DNA of 63,631 nucleotides, filler included, from Craspedostauros australis (lineage: Eukaryota): the NCBI GenBank assembly GCA_030167865.1. It is 8 parts of 8 records of this genome, joined end to end, with 100 filler letters (N's around TTAATTAATTAA, not from the genome) between each part and the next. Parts side by side here need not be neighbours in the genome. Positions count along the whole stretch, not along the records: positions 56,876 to 58,649 come from JALAGF010000243.1; positions 58,750 to 60,519 come from JALAGF010000244.1; positions 60,620 to 63,631 come from JALAGF010000245.1; 5 more parts are not named here. The stretch is one strand, 5' to 3'. Within the stretch, counting starts at the first letter, position 1, and each line of letters starts with the position of its first letter. The position numbers were made by a program, and so were the translations under genes. The notes beneath the pieces were generated by a model. It had not been told where the DNA came from and did not search any database. It saw only the letters and a program-made list of their open reading frames with translations. Below are positions 56,876 through 63,631 of the stretch, piece after piece.

Positions 56876-58649
56876 CCAGATGCTGCGTCTGCGATGTTCC
56901 TCACCACGGTCACCACCGCAGTCGCCTTCTTCGCCACCGCCATCTGCCCCGTCGCGCCAGTCAAGATGTTCGCGATCTTCTGCGGTCTCCTCGTCCTCCT
57001 CGATTACTTCCTCAACGTGCTACTGGTTTTCCCAGCCCTCTGCATGTATGACATCGCTATCCAAGAGAAGGGCGATCAGGTCCATTGCTGCATTCACTCC
57101 AATCATTGCTGCAACCTGTGCTGCCGCAAGAACGGTGGGGACAACGACAACGAAGCGGACCCAGAGACCTCCTCGCAACGTGAGGACAAGGCAGAGCGCA
57201 ACGGCGACAGCCTTCACGATTCCAACAACGATGCTGTTGACCATGGCGAACATGAACATGAAGATTCATCCCTCATTCGACGAGCCCTGCTGGGGCTGTT
57301 CCACATCCTGAAGCGTGGAAAGTGGCCGATCTTCGCGCTCTCCATGATTGCGCTTGTGGTGACCGCCATCTTCGCAGCACAGCTGGACCTCCCAACCTCT
57401 TCGGATGTCCGCGTTCTGGGAGATGACGTCGAGTTTGAGCAGGCGTACTCCTGGCGACAGGAGCTTCTATACGATCAGCTCGATAGGGCAGAAGGCAGCG
57501 TCGCTTACATCATTTGGGGCGTCAAGCCCGCAGACACCGGCAACCACAGTAAGTGAACCTCGTGACTTCGTGCGAAGAGATCCTGGCCAGCGTTTCTGTA
57601 TCCATTCGATACCCATTTGATATCCATTCGATATCCATTCGATGCTCTTTCGACTCACACCTTCCGCTCATTCCGAATCACTTTGATCCAACATCGACTT
57701 TCGCTCAAACTGATCCGCATTCATATATATATATGGTACTACAACCTCAGACGACCCGGACGAATGGACGCGAGTCGTCCTTGACAAGACGTTCGATCCT
57801 GGCACCCAAGAGAGCCAACAGCACCTCCTCGATATCTGCAGCAACACCTTCGCCCAAGACTTCGCTGACCCCATCGGATCCAACTACACCTGCTCGTTTT
57901 CTGGGTTGAACCAGTGGCTCGTTGACGAGTCATCTGCGGCCTCACCAAGTCAGATCTACCAAGACAANNNNNNNNNNNNNNNNNNNNNNNNNNNNNNNNN
58001 NNNNNNNNNNNNNNNNNNNNNNNNNNNNNNNNNNNNNNNNNNNGAGGACTTGAATGTTATGTCGAGAAATGGCCGTGTCACGATCTTCTTGATTCCATTC
58101 AATTCTCGCGTGCGCTACGATGATGACTACGACACGCTCGATGACGAGTGGAACCTCATCGACGACTGGATGAAGGAGCAGAACAAGGAACACGCATCAG
58201 AAGGGACCAACAAAGCATTCTTCTCGTCTGCCGATTTCTGGTGGTATGACACCAACGGGTAAGTCCGCGATCGTCAGTTCGTCATTCTATTGCGCTCCAC
58301 ATATGCTTGGTTTGGCGCAATTCAATGACTTCCAACAACTTCGTCGCTCATCCACTCACTCACTCACACATGCAAAACATGTATGTACACCTATCCACTT
58401 ACATATACATACATTTTCGTATACATACACCCACGAACACTCCAACAGACAAATGCTCAAGACAGCATACGGATCTGTTGGTATTGCGCTTGCTGCTGCC
58501 ACGATCATGTTGCTGGCCACATCCCGCTCCTTGCTCCTAACTCTCTTCTCGACAACGACCGTGGCTTACGTTCTCAGCTCCGTCACCGCTTCGCTGGTCT
58601 CCCTCGGCTGGACACTGGGCTTCCTTGAGTCCATCTGCTTCGCCATCCT
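56876..58649 (+). CDS. Dispatched/Patched-family (RND, sterol-sensing) membrane protein, internal fragment, copy 1; exons 56876-57548, 57751-58258, 58449-58649
   Basis: AMFLTTVTTAVAFFA, FAIFCGLLVLLDY and LGWTLGFLESICFAI, with frame-preserving GT..AG introns. Confidence 0.88.
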
Positions 58650-58749
58650 NNNNNNNNNNNNNNNNNNNNNNNNNNNNNNNNNNNNNNNNNNNNTTAATTA
58701 ATTAANNNNNNNNNNNNNNNNNNNNNNNNNNNNNNNNNNNNNNNNNNNN

Positions 58750-60519
58750 CCAGATGCTGCGTCTGCGATGTTCCTCACCACGGTCACCACCGCAGTCGCC
58801 TTCTTCGCCACCGCCATCTGCCCCGTCGCGCCAGTCAAGATGTTCGCGATCTTCTGCGGTCTCCTCGTCCTCCTCGATTACTTCCTCAACGTGCTACTGG
58901 TTTTCCCAGCCCTCTGCATGTATGACATCGCTATCCAAGAGAAGGGCGATCAGGTCCATTGCTGCATTCACTCCAATCATTGCTGCAACCTGTGCTGCCG
59001 CAAGAACGGTGGGGACAACGACAACGAAGCGGACCCAGAGACCTCCTCGCAACGTGAGGACAAGGCAGAGCGCAACGGCGACAGCCTTCACGATTCCAAC
59101 AACGATGCTGTTGACCATGGCGAACATGAACATGAAGATTCATCCCTCATTCGACGAGCCCTGCTGGGGCTGTTCCACATCCTGAAGCGTGGAAAGTGGC
59201 CGATCTTCGCGCTCTCCATGATTGCGCTTGTGGTGACCGCCATCTTCGCAGCACAGCTGGACCTCCCAACCTCTTCGGATGTCCGCGTTCTGGGAGATGA
59301 CGTCGAGTTTGAGCAGGCGTACTCCTGGCGACAGGAGCTTCTATACGATCAGCTCGATAGGGCAGAAGGCAGCGTCGCTTACATCATTTGGGGCGTCAAG
59401 CCCGCAGACACCGGCAACCACAGTAAGTGAACCTCGTGACTTCGTGCGAAGAGATCCTGGCCAGCGTTTCTCTATCCATTCGATACCCATTTGATATCCA
59501 TTCGATATCCATTCGATGCTCTTTCAACTCACGCCTTCCGTTCATTCCGAATCACTTTGATCCAACATCGACTTTCGCTCAAACTGATCCGCACTCATAT
59601 ATATGGTACTACAACCTCAGACGACCCGGACGAATGGACGCGAGTCGTCCTTGACAAGACGTTCGATCCTGGCACCCAAGAGAGCCAACAGCACCTCCTC
59701 GATATCTGCAGCAACACCTTCGCCCAAGACTTCGCTGACCCCATCGGATCCAACTACACCTGCTCGTTTTCTGGGTTGAACCAGTGGCTCGTTGACGAGT
59801 CATCTGCGGCCTCACCAAGTCAGATCTACCAAGACAATTGCGCTGGAGCTGACAAGCTCCCGATGCCATCCGACAGCTTCCATGGATGCATGACCGCATG
59901 GGCCAGAGAAGTTGAGGACTTGAATGTTATGTCGAGAAATGGCCGTGTCACGATCTTCTTGATTCCATTCAATTCTCGCGTGCGCTACGATGATGACTAC
60001 GACACGCTCGATGACGAGTGGAACCTCATCGACGACTGGATGAAGGAGCAGAACAAGGAACACGCATCAGAAGGGACCAACAAAGCATTCTTCTCGTCTG
60101 CCGATTTCTGGTGGTATGACACCAACGGGTAAGTCCGCGATCGTCAGTTCGTCATTCTATTGCGCTCCACATATGCTTGGTTTGGCGCAATTCAATGACT
60201 TCCAACAACTTCGTCGCTCATCCACTCACTCACTCACACATGCAAAACATGTATGTACACCTATCCACTTACATATACATACATTTTCGTATACATACAC
60301 CCACGAACACTCCAACAGACAAATGCTCAAGACAGCATACGGATCTGTTGGTATTGCGCTTGCTGCTGCCACGATCATGTTGCTGGCCACATCCCGCTCC
60401 TTGCTCCTAACTCTCTTCTCGACAACGACCGTGGCTTACGTTCTCAGCTCCGTCACCGCTTCGCTGGTCTCCCTCGGCTGGACACTGGGCTTCCTTGAGT
60501 CCATCTGCTTCGCCATCCT
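58750..60519 (+). CDS. Dispatched/Patched-family fragment, copy 2 (probable haplotig of copy 1)
   Basis: Same start and end points as copy 1. The differences I could see are in intron 1 only. Confidence 0.85.
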
Positions 60520-60619
60520 NNNNNNNNNNNNNNNNNNNNNNNNNNNNNNNNNNNNNNNNNNNNTTAATTAATTAANNNNNNNNNNNNNNNNNNNNNNNNN
60601 NNNNNNNNNNNNNNNNNNN

Positions 60620-61252
60620 ATTGGTCTGTTGTTTGCTTGTTGCGGGCGAGAGATCGATGCAGGGGATCACAATCAACCTCCTGTTGATGGGACAACTGAT
60701 TCCAGCTCACACAGGTGATGCAATTGGTCTGTTGTTTGCTTGTTGCGGATGAGAGATCGATGCAGGGGATCACAGTCAATCTCCTGTTGATGGGGCAAGT
60801 GATTCTGGCTCACACAGGGGCGTCGCAATTGGTCTGCCTTTGTTTGTTGCGGATGAGAGATCGATGCAGGGGATCACAGTCAATCTCCTGTTGATGGGGC
60901 AAGTGATTCTGGCTCACACAGGGGCGTCGCAATTGGGCTGTTGTTTGCTTGTTGCGGGCGAGAGATCAATGCAGGGGATCACAATCAACCTCCTGTTGAT
61001 GGGACAACTGATTCCAGCTCACACAGGTGACGCAATTGGTCTGTTGTTTGCTTGTTGCGGGCGAGAGATCAATGCAGGGGGATCACAGTCAATCTCCTGT
61101 TGATGGGGCAAGTGATTCCGGCTCACAAGGGAGTTGCAATTGGTCTGTTGTTTGCTTGTTGCGGGCGAGAGATCAATGCAGGGGGATCACAGTCAATCTC
61201 CTGTTGATGGGACAACTGATTCCGGCTCACAAGGGTGATGCAATTGGGCTGT
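60620..61252. repeat. Tandem repeat, 103-105-bp unit, six full copies, running into the gap
   Basis: Unit starts (ATTGG.CTG) at 60620, 60723, 60828, 60932, 61035, 61139 and 61243. Confidence 0.95.
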
Positions 61253-61440
61253 CAGAGTGCAGAATGCTGGTGAGTTTTGTAATGGTGCAAGTTGGTGTGG
61301 TGTGGAACTTATGAGCATGAGAGTTGTGATGATCTCCATGATGTGGATATCTGTGGCAAGTGAGGAAAGGGGGAGGAAGGTGGCAGTTCTGGTTCTTCAT
61401 TGTTTAAAATTCCATGCATGAGTGCGTCGACCTGCAAAAT

Positions 61441-62145
61441 CTGGCACAGGATGCAGAACAATCGTGCTTGATGCAGCAGTGTGTGGATCAATGGCAATTG
61501 ACCAAGCATGATGTTGATCATTGACACCCGCTCAAGTAGGAATCAGTAGAGTCGTGCGTGATCAAGCAGGACACGGATGAATTGTACCTGGCCAGGTAGC
61601 ATGCAGATGAATTGCACTTCACCAAACAGGATGTCAATCAACTACACCCGCTCAAGTGGGAATTGGTACAATCGTGCGTGATCAAGTAGGGCGCGGATGA
61701 ATTCTACTTCACCAAACAAGATGTCAACCAACTACACCCGCTCAAGTAGGAATCAGTCCAATCGTGCGTGATCAAGTGGGACACGGATGAATTGTACCTG
61801 GCCAAGTAGCATGCAGATGAATTGCACTTCACCAAACAGGACGTCAATCAACTACACCAACTCAAGTGGGAATCAGTACAATCGTCGTTGATAACGTACC
61901 ACAGAGATGAATTCTACTTCACCAAAACATGATGTCAATCAACTACACCTGCTCAAGTAGGAATCAGTCCAATCGTGCGTGATCAAGTGGGACACGGATG
62001 AATTGTACCTGGCAAGGTAGCATGCAGATGAATTGCACTTCACCAAACAGGACGTCAATCAACTACACCAACTCAAGTAGGAATCAGTCTAATCGTGCTT
62101 GATCAAGTATCACGCAGATGAATTCCACTTCACCAAACAGGATGT
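61441..62145. repeat. 30-bp-monomer minisatellite with alternating 120/90-bp higher-order units
   Basis: CTCAAGT anchors at 61531, 61651, 61741, 61861, 61952 and 62072 (spacings 120, 90, 120, 91, 120). Confidence 0.92.
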
Positions 62146-63631
62146 GGAACCGGATGCATCCGAGTGTGGCCGCGGCCTAGTTGATCAGTTTTTGCCTTCG
62201 GACGATTCTCCTTCGTGTCATGGAAAAAAAACTCACAATCACCCGCGAACCACACCCATGTCGATCGATGATCGCCAACGCGAAGTGCTCACGCTCGCTA
62301 TTTCTGCTTTGGAACTGCGTGGCGAAGCATGTTCGCTTCGCCGGTTCTCCATTGTCTTGCAGTGACGTGACGTGACGTAACGTGACATGGCGATTTCTTG
62401 ATCGCGTAAGGGGTAACGGGTAACGGGTAACGGCACCCACAACACAGCGCCAACTGATCGAGGCAGCACAAAATGTGTCATCATGTTGATCCACGCACGT
62501 CTCCAACACACACAGAGCCCATCATCATTTTTATTGTGTTGTGAACATTGCTGTATCGGAATAGACCACCACGCTTCACACACGCAAAGCACATCATCGT
62601 ATTCGCGACCCTCCAATTGGTTTGTTCATGCGAATTCGCGTCGCCACACGCACATTTTTCCCGCCAAACATGCATTTTCAGCACAGCTGATGCACAACAA
62701 CGTGCAAACAAGGATGTTCCGCAGCATTTATACTAAATCCGACCACACCATCGTGACCGCGACCTCCCACTCAGTCTCATTGCACTAACACGCGTAATTT
62801 GCAGTTCATATCCAGAATACGACGGGCTGTTTTTGTTGATTGGTGTGCAAAAATGCATTAAAAGCCATGTTCTCGATGTGTCAGCACAAATCTGATTGCC
62901 TCGTAGTGACTGCCACCTCTCAATTGGTCTATCATGTCAACGAGCGCAATTAACAACCCATTTTACAAAATACTGGTATGCATATTGACACTACATTTTT
63001 GACTATAACTCAAGACTGAGACATATTCAGGGCATGGCGATATCGGCACTGAGGTCGTGGTGGTCGTTTTAGTCGGTTGGGTGTATTACATACGAAATAT
63101 CACGCAAAGTAAATATGCGCCCATTCCAGTACTGCTCGGTACCGTCAACGACGTGGCCACAGTTTGGAGCGATGAATGAACTTCTCACACGGTTCCACGC
63201 TCGTGGTGTCCCACACGACAATGATTTGATTGTTGTCGATCGGGCATGCCAATGATGTTGCATGGTCGTTGTCATTGCAATCAAATCAGCCAAATCAACC
63301 AAATCAATGCGAAACAAGCGTGCACAAGCGTGCACAACCACCGTCGAGACGGATCTCCTTCTCGTGTCGTCGCGTGGTGGTGTGCGAAACAGGCGCGTAA
63401 TCACGATGTTCCACAAGATCGCTTGTTCTGAGCGGGGCGGCTGGCATCATACGAGGTCGTGCACGAGTGAGACGGCAGAACACGCAACGACATGCCAACT
63501 GTGACAACGTTCGTCGCGGATCAGAAAATGTTGATTTTGTGCACACACACAATTTCCCTTTGTGTGTTGTGTTGTGTTGCGACGGCCAAAAATCACTTCT
63601 CCGATTTGAGTTTATTTTGTGTGATGTGATG

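Noticed and set aside
60620..62145. CRISPR-like array
   Set aside because: The units are contiguous with no unique spacers, no cas genes are present, and the context is eukaryotic.

Overview
Eukaryotic nuclear DNA, most likely from a pennate diatom. This is inferred from short GT-AG introns, a DUF6824-type protein, signal-peptide plus ASAFAP-like plastid presequences, and an LPA1-like gene. It is a draft scaffold: seven artificial 100-nt linkers (44N-TTAATTAATTAA-44N) join contigs, so adjacency across them is unverified. About 22 genes or gene fragments are supported. Housekeeping-type genes are importin alpha, an MFSD14-like transporter, an RRM protein, USB1, a 2OG-Fe(II) oxygenase, LPA1-like, NIFK/Nop15, a DHHC palmitoyltransferase, an ankyrin protein, a GSTCD-like methyltransferase, TruA, SRP19, a RING-H2 ligase and a Dispatched-like gene present as two near-identical copies. 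The most interesting loci are (1) an NRPS-like membrane synthetase with a FAAL-type adenylation domain, a carrier domain and three Pls-like TM/beta-helix modules, next to a NOX/ferric-reductase gene; (2) a candidate highly diverged Treslin/Sld3 replication-initiation factor; (3) a surface protein with six DUF6174-like repeats; (4) a double-SET protein; (5) a three-exon 124-aa protein with 24 Cys; and (6) two tandem arrays, one built from a 30-bp monomer in a 120/90-bp higher-order pattern. All family calls come from motif recognition by eye, not from database searches.
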